Positions 40,461 to 54,683 of a stretch of DNA of 64,000 bases are shown piece after piece. The DNA is taken from NCBI GenBank assembly GCA_051294375.1, contig CM119265.1, positions 14,918,963 to 14,982,962 of the forward strand, written 5' to 3'. The notes under the pieces are model-generated. The model saw only the letters and a list, made by a program, of their open reading frames with translations. It searched no databases and was not told the origin of the DNA. Both the position numbers and the translations under genes were made by a program. Each line of letters begins with the position of its first letter. The first letter of the stretch is position 1. The stretch comes from Paraspadella gotoi. Lineage: Eukaryota > Animalia > Chaetognatha.

Positions 40461-40829
40461 AATCTAAGCGACTACTGGCGCCGCCTTTTGTTTTTAAAGA
40501 AATCTTATAAATTATAAAGAATAAATGACATAAATAAAAAGAAAAGTAATGCGGCGCAACACCTTGGAATAACCGTTCCTTGTTTTAATTATACATTCGA
40601 CTAAAAACGAGTCTAGCGGCTGAAAATTATGCGTCTCTTTCTTTATTTTTAGTTGCGCCACGAGTATTCGCGTAGCAAATAAGTCACTTTTTGGTTGGTC
40701 AGTCGGTCTGGCCCACTTCTGTTAAAAATGCATGTAATTTGCCTTTAGCCTTTTAATTGTTATTGTGTCTCTTTCTCTTTATTTCTCTATTTCTTACTTT
40801 GTAAAAGTTTTGTTTGTTAATTCTTTTTC

Positions 40830-40873
40830 TTCCACTGAAGATGACATAGAAACTTATGTCGAAATATATGGAA
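40830..40873 (+). ncRNA. Minimal type I hammerhead ribozyme (Penelope-like element type)
   Basis: UUCCA CUGAAGA U GACAUA gaaacu UAUGUC GAAA UA UA UGGAA. Confidence 0.65.
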
Positions 40874-40900
40874 AATTGATAAATTTCTTTTTTTGTACTG

Positions 40901-41005
40901 CACTCCATTATACTAACTGTGCATGAGATGACGTTAAAAGAAAAATTATATTATACTCCATTATACTAACTGTGCATGAGATGACGTTAAAAGAAAAATT
41001 ATATT
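40901..41005 (+). repeat. Exact ~53-bp tandem duplication
   Basis: ACTCCATTATACTAACTGTGCATGAGATGACGTTAAAAGAAAAATTATATTA twice. Confidence 0.9.
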
Positions 41006-41093
41006 AATTTTTTTAAATTGTTAACTATCAGCGAAGATAAAATTTTAAAATTTAAAGAAATTATACATTCGCGAAAGTAAAATTTAGCTAAAG

Positions 41094-41263
41094 TTTCCTT
41101 TCGCCGACCGCGGTTTTGGCGTCTTTTGAAAAACTACTTTTTAAAAAAAATAAAAAATATTAGCTAATTACCCTAATCCTAAACCCTCTTAACCATAACC
41201 ACCCCTAACCCAAAATCACCCCTAAACCAGGCTTAAACCCTAACCCCGGTCGGCGAAAGTAAA
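41094..41263. mobile_element. MITE with TIR TTTTACTTTCGCCGACC (also ~55798-55975, ~53303-53455)
   Basis: Terminal inverted repeats and CCCTAA-like internal repeats at three loci. Confidence 0.7.
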
Positions 41264-42144
41264 ATTAATAAATAAGCTATCTTGCCCCTGACTGGTGATT
41301 AAAGCTAATGAAGTAAAAGTACGACATCGTCTAGTAGGCAAGATTGGATTTGGATTTTATTTATTTGTTATAATTCTAAGCAAAAAAAATTATTACTTTT
41401 ATTAACAGTCTCCTTCCCATTTGATTTGTCTCTTAGTATTTAAAGTCAAAATATAATAATGTAAACTACAACAATGTCCAACTCCCAAGCAGATGGGATG
41501 AATAACAACCGAGTCTTCGATGATTGACCCCGAAAAGTTCACGTTCTTCGGCAATCATCTCCAACCATCGAGAGAAAAACGTTGACCAAAACTCGACGAA
41601 TCCGGTCACGACGACCGAGCACATCCCCCGATTCTTGACCCGAGGCAATCGCGAGAAAACCTGAGTGGCGTAGTTTCGCTAGGTCGAGTTTACGTCGCGT
41701 TGCCGATTGGACGATCGGACGCGGGGATTAAGGGGGGAAGGGGGGGGGCGGAGGGATGAGGGGGCGGGCGACGGCGAAAAATCCCTCGGCCTCGAATCCT
41801 CGCGGCCAACGACGTGGGATCGGGAGGAGTGACCGATCACTGACCGTCCGACTCGAGGGAAAAGCCTCGGTGAAACGCTCCAATTCTCTCATTCTCAATC
41901 CCTCTCTTTGCTAGACGAAAAACAAAACCTCTTTCGTCGTCAGCGATTACGCATCTCCTCTTCGTCTTCTACTATAGGACGTCAACCTTTTTTCACTCGA
42001 TTTGTTCTTTTTCAAATTACACTTTCAAGAATCTCAAAGCGTTTGTTTCGATGCTCGATCTCAAATTATATTAAGTAAAGACTAATTTTCTTTTCAACAA
42101 ACCTTCGGAATATGAATTTGTGATTCTTGCTTCAAGACGCAACC

Positions 42145-45100
42145 ATGACTAACACAAATGGTAGGTCGGCTGAATACTCTAATAACAATAACGCTACCCA
42201 GTACTACATAATTATTTTAAAACATAGTTGTGAGACTAGAAATTATTATCAACCGTAGCGGTTTATTGATCGTTCTAACGCCAAAACTCTTCATTCGTCG
42301 ACGATTAAGAAAAATAAAAAGTTAGGGTCAACGAGGATTGGCCACGTTGAGGACGATGATTCGTCTCGAAAATGATACTGCTTATCTGATTTCACGAGAA
42401 CTAAATTAGTTAGCGAGAGTTAACCTGTAGGTATAAAATAACATTGCAATTAAAAAAAAAGTAGGTGGCCACTTTAAATTTTTTTTAAATTGACTAAAAA
42501 AATATCATTATGATAAAACAAAAATATCATTCACCTTATAATTAGAAATCTAAAGCGTTTCTAAATTTTATTTATGCCAACAAAAATGATAAACGAGCGA
42601 ATAATTAATTGGTCTCAACTTTTGATTCTGGACGCAAGTTAACTTGCGGCGGACGCTGGAGCACGTTATCTATAAGACCAAATTCCTTGGCCTGATCAGG
42701 TGTCATGAATCTGTCACGCTCCATGGTCGGTTCCAGGATGGATAAGGGCTGGCCTAGTAAGATAATTGATACTTTGTGGAATAGGAAGAACTTATAAGAT
42801 TGATTTCTAGACATTGTGGTATAATATATAATATTAAAAATAAAATCGTTGTTGAAAATTCATTTCAAACTCTTCTAAGATTGATTTCATAATTTATATT
42901 CAGCGAACGAAAAAAGATGATTTCAAAAGTAAACATGAAAAAGCAACATTACTTTTGTATGTTCAAATAAATTTAATTACTAGTTAAACAAGGGTCTAGA
43001 ATTTAAAATTTATATTAATAAACATATAACATAATAGGTTATCTATTATCCCTTAAAATTTCAAAAAATAAACTGCAAATAAAATCTAATCAATCCAAAT
43101 ATATTAAAAATGTTAACTTCAAACCGGTGTGCCTTCCATATATGTTGTTAAGTTGCGATCTCATTTTAATGATTTCTTCAGCTTGGATCTTAATATCGGT
43201 GGCTTGTCCTTGTACACCGCCGCTTGGTTGATGGACCATGATCCGGGCATTTGGTAAACTAACAAATATCAAAGCATTAAACCTCTATAGTCATACTAAC
43301 TTTTAAAAAATCATTAGTTTTTTGGTCTTGGCTTGCCATCAAAATTGAAGAAAAGATTACCAGATTAAAATGAAATATTTCGTGATCAAAAGCATAAAGA
43401 TTTAAAAAAAGATTTTTGTCTTTGATGAAGACAGAAGTCTTCGAAATATTGAATTTTCTTTAATGAAAACTAAATTGAAATCTGGTAATCTTTTCTTCAA
43501 TTTTTATGGAACTCCAAGATAAAAAAACTAATATTTTTTTAAAACTACAATCCTTGTCAAAATGAACATTCTGAAAAACTACACATACCAACTTCTTATA
43601 CCTATGTCGCATTCCATTTGTTCCAGCGCAAAGAAGCAATGATCCCATGCTGCATGCTTGTCCAACGCACCACGTAGCAATAGGAGGAAGTACATACTGC
43701 ATTGTATCATATATAGCTAGGCCAGCAGTGACAGAACCACCTTGACATAAAAGTTAGGAAATTTACACAATCAAAATAAAAATTTTACATCCATTCAATC
43801 TTTCCCCCTACTTTGGACTGGTTATTGTGGGTTGAAGCCTTCATCCCTTTAAAAGTAATAATATTAGTTTACCAATTTCCTAAGTCAGATCCTTGTATTT
43901 TGATTCGAGCGAGTAGAACAATATTGGATTCCCAGAACTAATAATCTTGTAAGAGGGATGTGGCCCATTGCCCTAGCCTGTCCGAAGTCAGGAGACAATA
44001 ACTTATTTAATGAGTGGATAATTTTTTATTGATTGTACGAATTTCAAAGCAGGACTGAGCAAGCTTTTAATCGAGACACACAGTCCAGTTAATTAACTCG
44101 CAGGTCACCTTGTCTCCCTATCAATGAAGTGGTAAATTATTTTTTGAACAATTTCTTAAAATAACCACTTAAAGAATTAGATGTGGAATACTATTGTGTT
44201 CCCTCTAGCATTAATTACAATGAGTTGACTTATATTATTCAAGAAAGAGAAAGCTGAAATTATCAAGTGTGTGCCACACTCACCTGGGCTATTAATGTAC
44301 ATATGAATCGGCTTTTTGTTGCTCTCCGACTGAAGAAACAGCAACTGTGCAACAATCAATGATGAAACATCTGAAAAATTTTCGCCGTGATTTTTTAACA
44401 GGATATTAGGTATTCAAATCGACAACCATACAATCTTACCGTCGTTTATTCCGCCCATTACACAAATTATTCGGTCTTTCAGAAGTCTTGAGTAGATATC
44501 ATAAGACCTTTCTCCCCTTCCGGTTTGCTCCACTACAATCGGAACTAAACGTTGGTGAAAAGTTGCTGACAGTCGTATATTTTTTCGATGAATCCAGTTA
44601 AGGGACCACAGACTTTTCTTAGGAAGGATAATTTTCGAAAACAAAATTCTAATAGACATTCTTAATAAGATTTAAAACTAAAAAAAAATCTTAAAAGCAT
44701 AAGGATCGTCGCAATCACATAAGAAAAATCTGGATTGACAAATTTTAATACTAAAAAAAATCATATTTGAGAAAAGAAAAATAATTTATAAACAGAAAGA
44801 AAAAGAATAGAAAGGAAAGAAAGAATAGAAAGGAAAGAAAGAATCGGACGAATCAGCAGCGGCAGCAGCAGAGGCAGCCAGAAAAAAAGAAAGAAATCAA
44901 AAAGCAGCAGCAGAAACAGCAGGAGAAAAGAGAGAAAAAGAAAGAGCCCCTGCAGACTCGTTTTTTTCCCGATGAATAAGCATTGGGGAAAAGAGAATTA
45001 AAATTAATTAAAAGAGAAAAAAGAAAGAGGAGACAAAAAAATAAAATAGAGGATATTTGTTTGTTTTGATAAAACGTAAACAAAACATATTTAATAACTG

Positions 45101-48100
45101 TCCTGACCCAATTTTAATGATATCGATGATAAGAAGCTGTATATAAATTGTCAGCTTATAATTCGGAACGACGACGACGATAACGACGCCACTTATGTGC
45201 AAAACCACAGCAAAATGTGAAATTGAATTTTGGACATGGAAGCTAACTTAAGGCTTATAAGCACCAAAACTAAATATATGATAGACATAGCCGATGAAAT
45301 TTAAATGCTAATGTATACTGCATTAAAATACTCTATGATAAGCATAGGTTATGGAATTAAAATATTTTTTGTCAAAAATGTTTTTTTGAGTATACTAACC
45401 TAATTAAAAATATTATATTACTATATAGAGAAAAAATATTTTTTTTTAAATCTTAAAATTTTTTTATGGATTCTGATAGAGCATATAGCAATAGACGGCA
45501 ATCTCCGTTTTAACCTTTAATTTATCAACAAAAAGCTGATACTTCAGCAACTATATTTTAATTTTGTAAAACTTACTTATCTTCAAAAATTAGCTTACAT
45601 TCTCCAATAAATTAGATAGGTCCCCATTAAGACTTAATCTGTTTGCTATGAAAAATTTAAATCAAATTTATTTGGTTCATTTAAAAAATAAAATAATTTT
45701 TATATTGGTTGTACCAATTTCATAACTGTATAAAAATACTGTATAAAAAAATACTAAATATTTCATGATTCAATGCTTCTCTGCCAAAAAATCTGAACAA
45801 TGAGGGGTCAATAGTCTGGATTTCCAGACAGAGCCAGATGGTCAAGGATTTTGCCCTCGCTTTCCATTCACAATTTACACCAAAAGCTCCCCTTATAACT
45901 GGTTCAATAGCGGAGAAAAAAAATATTTATTCATAAAAAAGCAATTACGAGATGAAAATAATATACAAAATTACAAAATATAATAAAATATTATAGAGTT
46001 TTTGGGAATGTTAAAGTTTAGAGCGAAAAACAAGACAATTGTTACACGCCGCAGGGAAGTCTGGTTCGTTAGCCCTAAGGGTTTTTTTCTAGGTCAAGGT
46101 CGATATTTTCTTAACCTTCAAAACATACAATATCAAATCTTTCAACGCTTATAATCAAGATTCTCTTATAACAAAGTACAGAAGGAATTTCAGTCTTATT
46201 GACTCAAGCAAAAAAACCAGACAGTAAGCAAACAAACATTCTGGTCGGCCGAGATGGCCGAGAAACCCACCCAAACTCGCCTAAGAGGATTGGGAAGGAA
46301 GAATGAACGCGGGGGTCACTAACATGAAAGGATAACTTCCGTCTAAAAATGTATTACGAAAAATTAATTACGCAAAAACTTAACAAATTTAATTCGAAAA
46401 GAGAAACAAAAACAAAGTGTAGGATAATCAGCCCCTAAAATTGATATACTTATATATAACCTTTACAATATTAATAATAACATGGGCGTGAAACTAAGAA
46501 TATTTGAATTATAATCCTTTAAATTTTAATTGATCTTTCCAGAAAAGCTTGGTAGACCAGAGGAAGAAAACGGATTAATGCTCTGTAAAGTTTGCGGAGA
46601 TAAAGCATCCGGATTTCATTACGGGGTCTTTGCTTGCGAAGGATGCAAGGTATTTTCATCCAGATCACTTATTTATTAGTTTATATTACGAAATAAAATG
46701 TTAACAAGCCTTTCTTCTTTCAGGGTTTCTTTCGAAGAACTAAAAAATTTAACATTGAATATGAAAAATGCGAAAAAGAAGGAGGCTGCGTCATAGTAAG
46801 ATTATCGAGAAATCGATGCCAATACTGCCGAATGCTCAAGTGCAAAGCCGTTGGGATGAGTCACGATGGTAAATAAACTAAATAAAAGTAACAAAGTTGT
46901 CATCTTTTAACCATCTGGACTGACATTTAAAACTTGGGATTTTTTTTAATTTCAGCTGTAAGACTCGGAAGATGCCCCAAAAAAGATCGGCCAACAGCCC
47001 AAAACATGGTCGCTCCAGCGGCGGTTGCAAATCAATCACGATTGGAGCAGCTCGTCCTTAATATACATGAAGCTCACAGACAGACGCTATCTTCAATAGA
47101 AAAAGTAACCGAATTCGGAAATAAAACGGTTAGTCAACTAATGTTTTAAACAATATTTTTAGACTAAAAAGTTACGAAATTGGTATAACCAATACAATTT
47201 AGGAGATATCATGTAGGAAATTGCGCGCCAGATGTTACGAATCGCAGTTGAAAGCCCGAGGGGTTATTAACCTATATTTTGTTCGCAGCTCAGACCATTG
47301 ACCCAGTATCATAGAAATGATGCAATGACCCGAAAATAAGAATCGGCTTCAGGGACGGTCAAGCTGCAGATAGCCCCCCTGCCGTTGTACCCTAAAAGAC
47401 CGAATGAGTCACTCTGTATGAACAAAGAAAAGAGGTCAACGTCGAGAGAGAGTACGGGTTTATGCAAATGTTTCTAACAGATGACGTACTGAATCCCTCA
47501 TATCCTGAATAACGTAATCGTTCTCAGAAGTAAATCTATAGTTTCGGAAATCAGAGCAAGGTTTATCTTTTCTAAAAAAAGTAATAATAATAATAATAAT
47601 TTGTACGATCGGGGAATAAAGGGGGATTCATTTAATGAAAAAAAAAAAAAAATAGAAAAAAATTATAAATATGAACAATTGAACATAATATTTAAAAAAT
47701 TCAAGTACTTTAAAAATTATGAATAATGATAGATTAAATATATGATAAAAATCATTTGATTATTCCTCAAGTAATACCAACTTAAAAAACAAAGTTCATG
47801 TCATGAATGATGATAAAATTTTATATGTAGCAGATTGCTATTATCATAAATGTAAACCTGTGACAGTGTGAGATTAAAGGGTTTATAAAAGGAGCTCTTT
47901 TCGGGGCTTTATGTAAGGCTTCGAGAAGGCTTACTGAATCTGACCTCTTGGTAAATCTCCCTTGGGATGATAATCGCTGAAGTCAAGAATTGTTTGGCTC
48001 AAGTAATTTTTGCGTCAATACATGTAACTGATCGCAAATGAGGGCCAAAGTTTTATTTTGATTGAATGACCTATGTATTTTAAAAATAGGAAGAAATATC

Positions 48101-49193
48101 TTCAACCATTCATGATGTTAGAAGATTAATTATGTTATCAATTTTAGTTCTGCCAAATCAAGACGGAAGAAGACTTTGCATTGAGCTTAACATCTCGAAT
48201 TCCCCACATCATGAATCAAATCATCCGGTTCGCACGGAGCATTCCTCAGTTCTCGGGACTCAAATCTAATGATCAGCAATCTTTAATTCGCGGCGGATTT
48301 CTCGAAGTCTTCGTCGCAAGGACGGCTTTTGTCATGATTGCGGAGGAGGTAAGAATTGATCGTAATTACATTTCTTTTAATATTGGGTTAACTTGTAAAC
48401 TTGAACAAATTATATTAACGTTCCAGGATAAATTGATCATCCCTCCATTTCGTATGGAGTGCGAGAAAAGCGTTTGGGAAAATTTAGGCACCAAAGGGGA
48501 ATTTATCGGTTTTCTACATTCATTCGCGCAAAAATTTCAAGCGTTGGATCTTTTGGACGTTGAAGTCTCTATATTCGCTACCCTTCTATTGCTGTGTTCT
48601 GGTAAAAAAGATTTTAAAAAGTTTCTCCAAGTCGCACACAATTTAATTAATTTTATATTAATCTCTTAGATCGCGAAAATCTTAATGACGTAAAAGCCGT
48701 GACGCAAATCGAAGAAGATATTACATTAGCATTGCAAGGACAAATAAAGCTGAATCATGATAACCACTCTAGTCTTTTTCCAAAGTAAGTTAATACAATT
48801 TACTATCCACCTTAAATTCTAATAAAAAATCTTGAAAGCCGAAGGGATCGTCGCAATCACATAAAAAATCTGGTCCCATGACAAACTTTGATACTCAAAC
48901 AAAAAAATAAATAAATATATGAGTGCATAAATAAAATGAATGATGAATGGATGAATTAAATTTGAATTTATTTTATTAAAAAAAATTGAGATAAATTGCA
49001 TAGAGTAAATAAATTTAAAAACAAACTTGGCTTAATATATAAAAAAAATTAAATAAATAAATATATAAATAAGTAAATAAATTTAAAATTAAAAACTGAA
49101 TTAATTAAATTGAACGAATTTAATTGAAGAAATTAAATGAAATAAAGAAGGGGAAAATATGGTAAAATGATAATAAAAACACAGAGAGAGAGG

Positions 49194-49240
<47 letters not shown>

Positions 49241-51717
49241 GCATAACTTTCAGCCTCTGACAATTTTTTTTAATAAAAAACAGAGAGAGAGTGAGAGAGA
49301 GAGATTTTCAGCGAATCAAAAGAAACGGCGACTGAGAAAAAGAGAGAGAGAGAGAGAGATCCATATAAGGCCTCCATCACTCTTACAAGATAATGACATA
49401 GCAGGTCCCTACAAGTTTTCAATCAAGACTATCACAGTCTCATTTATATATAAATTATATTATAATAGAATATAAATAAAAGAATGTTTTGTTTATATAA
49501 AATGTAAACGAACAAGATTTAATATATCACCTCATCAGTTTTCAAGGACCTGAGAATACATATATATCTAAAGTTTCACCTTCATACAATTACAAATAAT
49601 ATCGTCGCAAGCGCAAGCTATTGCGACGATAAAAATTCACATACGAAAAAGTAATATAAAGCAAGCATTAACTTTTGTACAAAATTAATGGAATTAGAGG
49701 AAACAAATACGTAATTTTTTTTTAATAAACTCGGGATGCGATGCATTGTTAACGACTAAACTGTAAATAATTAAAAAAAGTTGGGTGCTAGAAAACAGAA
49801 GGAATCAAGGGCAGCGACATCAACTGCTGTAACGCAGTTTAAAATTGTTTACATATAAATTTAAACCTTCGACTCTGCCGATCAATTTCGTCCTATTCTT
49901 TGATGAAAGTAACTAAATGCCTACTGTTAGCTGTGGACAAATAACTAAATTTGTATTCCTTTAATTCCAGGTTACTTATGTGTATAACAGATTTACGCTA
50001 TATGTCAACAGTACATCAAGAAGAACTCATGAATATACAGTGGGATCCTATAAGACGCGGTAAAAAAAATTAATACCGTTTTCTCTTTGCATTGTCAATC
50101 AGAAAATTCTTACATTCCATTTAATTTTTTTTATAGCAAAATCGCAAACGTTCATGGAAACGAGTCCATCAAAACCCTTGGAATTTTCAGCACTACAACG
50201 TTTAAGTGGAATGATAAAACATCATGGAGAACGATTAAGCGCATTTCATGAAACAAAGCCGTGCGTCAAGTACAAACAAACTGATTCTCAACCTTCTCTT
50301 GGTGTGAATTTTGAACAAATTACAATGAGGTCCTTAGAAGCGATGGCTAACCTTGGCCAATCTTGCCCTCCGAAATCGTCTCATGTTGAAGATACAACCT
50401 GTTACCCAGGAACCCTGTTAACTCACCCGTATCCCTTTCCTACGCGAGAAATTGCCGCCGTGCGTCCTTCCGTTGCTTACCCTCAAAAATATCCTCTTAC
50501 AGAACATCTTAGTACGCTTTTTGTAAAAAACTACGCAACTAATACGGATTCTTCTATGAGTAAGTGACATTGATAAATGATTGCCTTGAATATCAAGACT
50601 AAATTATGAGTTCATAAAAAATTGCTCTTTTTCAGAACCGACTTCCAAAGCTACTGAAAGCCCCGAACAAGAAGAAATAGTTGTAGATAGCCCCCGATCT
50701 TCGCCACAAACGCGACAATTCTCAATCTCCCCGCGTAGTATAACTCGCCTTGAAGACGGTCACGAAGATGATACAGGCAGCGACCACGGAAGCCATGACA
50801 ACATCTCGATCGATTCCGGGAAAAGCTCAACTTCCGCCCATTCCGAAAGTTCACAATACAAACCCGAAAACAGCGATCCGATGCCGATTCCACATCAGGC
50901 AGGTTGCGGTTGCAAATCGTGCCATCACCGAAAGCTCACGGACATGGATAGCGGCTGCGAAGAAAGTCCCAAGAAAATTGGGCCTTTCCAGTTAAAAGTA
51001 ATTGCCAACTCTGAACAGGCGTCAGAAACGACTAGTGCAAACAAAAACTTTCAACAAACTTCTCCACAATCACCTTGTGTCCATCCGGAATATTACGAGC
51101 GCGTTAACACATATTTGTCTCAGCTTGCGTTAACGCAAAGACAATCGGCAATCGATCATGCCTTCCCTTTAACTCCAGTATCCAGCAGCCTTGCGTACAA
51201 TTCTATGCCTTACTATTATCCCTCGTTCACTCAAATAAGAATGCCGAACATTCCTCCGCCATCTTCTCACTCCACGCCTCTAACGCCAACTTTCCAAGAT
51301 CGTGCCTACGAAAAGAACCCCCCGTTTTTGGCTGGCATTCAAAACTCTATTTGCGACACTCCGACGACCTCAAAAACAATAACACCCACGTCAAAAAGAA
51401 CGACTCTCTTTAAACCTTATCTCCTAGACTCTCGGGGAAACAGCCCAACTAGTAAAAGACCAGCTTCTCCATTCCAAGAAATCTATTCCAAACGTCCTTT
51501 CCTGAATTCACCGACAAAATTACCGGTAGTCGAGCAGAGAAACTCATTGTCGCATTCCATTACTCCTTTGATGTCACCCACCGACGAATCGAACAAAGGC
51601 GCCCAAGTAGAGTTATCCACAAAAATCTATACTACTCCGAAACAAACCATAATAGTTAAAGATTTGAAAGAGAGAAGGAGAGCTTACATTAGAGAACTTG
51701 AAGAAGCGGCCGGTTGA
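42145..51717 (+). CDS. Nuclear hormone receptor, NR1 subfamily (E75/Rev-erb/NR1CDEF-like); DBD from 46543, LBD ~48090-50060, long C-terminal extension; putative first exon 42145-42160
   Basis: [27 protein letters not shown]...C..CVI...[28 protein letters not shown]; [46 protein letters not shown]. Confidence 0.9.
42605..44659 (-). CDS. CLPP: Mitochondrial ATP-dependent Clp protease proteolytic subunit, about 5 exons
   Basis: [99 protein letters not shown]. Confidence 0.97.
49180..49360. repeat. (GA)n microsatellite tracts within a HINE-like element
   Basis: Direct read. Confidence 0.9.
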
Positions 51718-54532
51718 TAATATATTATATTTGCGTATTTGTTGTCAGTTTTCCCGCGAGACCGTTTTTTCTCTAATTTGGAAATAAGGTTATCGGTTAG
51801 GAAAATAAACAATTGTTTTGATTTGACATTTGAATACATTAGTTTTTAATATATGATTTTTAATTATTGTTTTAAATGTTTTAGAAAACCCTCTCGCAGG
51901 ATCAGAACAGTTCAGAAAAGACAAGACACGTTAGTTATTGAAAATTTGGAGAAAATATGTACATTTAGGAGTTATATTCAAAATGAACCAAAGATTTGTT
52001 CATTTTAAAATGAATACTTAACAATTTTTTTATTTAAATATACTGATGTTATTTATCCTAGGAAATATTGTTTAAGTTAATAAACTTTGTTTATTTGTTT
52101 TAAATATAGATATTCTTAATGTAAGAATTATATAATTAATATATTTAAAAGTGCGCTAATCAAATTAAAAGTTGAAAAGCGATATAAAAAAAGAATGTAA
52201 TTTAAACTATTAAGAATGTCAAAATTTGATTGATCCATTTTAATTTTTTTTTAAATTAAAAGCAGTTTTGGATTTTTTAAAAGGGTGGACCCAAACGCTT
52301 ATGAGATTTGAATGAAATCTGATATAATTTGCAATATTAAAAATAAAATAAGGCTGGGTGAAACCAGATGAAACTGTTTTTGTAAATCGCTTCAATTGAA
52401 TTTCGGTCATTTTTTATCCATTTTTTTTGGTCCGTCATTTTTTTTTCTTCCCGTCATCTCCTCTCTTCTACAAGGTTTTTTTTCATTTCTTACTACCAGC
52501 ATTTTGGTTCAGATTCCTATCGATTTGTATAGAGATTTGCTCTTTTGTCTGCACCCACCTATTCTTCACTTGCATCGCTTTACACAAATTAGCACATTAG
52601 CATATTTTCAACATATTTTTCTAAAGGGCACCTTATGGTGAGATAATTTTTTTGAGGACAAAAGAACACTTCTTTAAAAGTCCTGTTTTTTTTGTGAAAC
52701 AAAACAACATTCAAATTAAATTTTTTTTCTATTTTAAGCTTTATTTACTAGAAGGCTCCCTAAACAAAAAAGCATTCAGTAAGACAAGATGTCTTATTCT
52801 TTTTTAAAAAACAAAAGAACATGCATAATAAATTTGATCTGCACCTGCTAGATTTTCCTTTGCACCTGCTTTTATACAAATCAGCAATTTTTATTTAAGT
52901 TTATATCATTCCAAATAATTTAATAATTTTTTAATTAACATCATTTTTTAAACAGAAAATCTATATAAATAAATATTATATCCTATTTTTTATCTTAATT
53001 TTTTTTCTTACCCATATTTTTTAAAAACTATATAAGTTAAAAAAATGATGCAAGTTAAAAAAATAATGCAAGTTAAAAAAATAAAGTTAAAAAATGATTC
53101 AAATTTAAAAAAATATTATTAATACCGCAGTAACAGTTTAGTTTAAGCCCTTGAAAGCGATTTACAAGTATTGGCGCAGCCACTGGTTTATCTTAAGTTT
53201 ACAAATCATCAATAAACAAATAATTTTTAAGATTAAAGGCTATAATAAATTTTTGAGATTAAAGGCTATAATAAATCAAGTAAATATTTTTTTTATCATA
53301 ATTTTACTTTCGCGGACTGGGGCAAGGGGTGGTTGTGGTTAAAAGGGTTTATGGTTAAAGGAATTAAATAATTTTTTTACATATTTTTTTAAAAAATAAA
53401 TATTTTTAAGTAATTTTTTAAAAGAGGTTAAAACCCCGGTCAGCAAAAGTAAAATTTTACGTTTTTCTTTATACTATCTAGGAAAAATTATATAACATAA
53501 TTCATTCATTCAAAAAAGTATACAAAACATGGGTAAAACATTCTCAATATTTGGTATGCCCTTCCTCGGCATCGACTACTGCCTGCATTTGTCTAGCCAT
53601 GCTCTCATACAGCAAGTTGAGGTATGACAGTGAAATATTGTTCCACATCTTTAACACAATTCTTTTCAGACCCGATATTGATATTGCATATCTTTCCCTC
53701 TTTTCTAAAAGGTATATTAGCACTTTCTTGAACCAAAAAGAGGTGTAAGACCTTTAGCATTGCTAATTTTTAAAAAAATAGAAAAAATAACTATTCGAAA
53801 TAAAAACATAACTAAATACCAAAAATAGAAGAAAACTAAATATGATTTTTTTCGCCATTTTTCATTTGAAGTAACAATATTTTTTGGCCTATAACTTTTA
53901 AACGATTTGACCTTCAAAAAAATGGAAGGAAACTACTGAAAACTAAATATGATTTTTTTCGCCATTTTTCATTTGAAGTAACAATATTTTTTGGCCTGTA
54001 ACTTTTAAACGATTTGACCTTCAAAAAAATGGAAGGAAACTACTGAAACTACTACTAAAGAACTTACCCTGAAAAAACTAATTAACTTGGATTAATTCAG
54101 AACTTTATGAAACTGATTTCGCATTTTTAAAATAAAACTATGACCAAGATATATATTGTTGTCCTTCATTTGCACAAACATCTTTTTTCTTGAATTTCAC
54201 TTTCTTAGTCTTTTAAATATCACCTAAAACTATTAACTACTTTCTTTCAAATATTAAATTTTACTTAACTATCCCTTAGTTAATTGCTTATTTATTCACT
54301 AGTTAACTGTTAAAATTTAACAAATAACAAGATTTTTATATATCGCTCATAACATAAGGAGCAAAAAGCAAATAACCGACTGCAAAATCCCGGTCGGCGA
54401 ATGTAAAAATAAGCTACAAAACCAATCACCAGTCGACCATAAATTGATTAGGTATGAACCAAAATATCAACTATAATATAATTTTTGTGCTATTATATGA
54501 TAATCCTTTCTTTTTCGTTGAAAATGATTTCA

Positions 54533-54683
54533 AGAAAAACAAAGTTTTTATTAGTTTTCAACGAAATTTGTTTTTTATTGATAAACAGTCATGTTTCGGC
54601 TTTAGCATTCAAGCCTTCATCAGCGTTTTCAGTTTCAATAAAAAACCGATTTTGTTGAAAACTAATAAAAACTTTGTTTTTCT
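54533..54683 (-). repeat. Long hairpin capped by a hammerhead-like motif (core 54583-54628)
   Basis: ~50-bp inverted arms; minus strand AAACG CTGATGA A GGCTT gaatgcta AAGCC GAAA CATG AC TGTTT. Confidence 0.55.

Noticed and set aside
41165-41250. CCCTAA-like repeats as interstitial telomere
   Set aside because: Degenerate and confined inside a TIR-bounded MITE found at several loci.
43950-44000. Twister-like look-alike (AAGAGGGA...CCTGTCCGAAGTCAGG) in a ClpP intron
   Set aside because: No UAA cut site and T1/T2 are not satisfied; the hairpin belongs to another repeat family (e.g. ~34650) whose copies vary in the loop.
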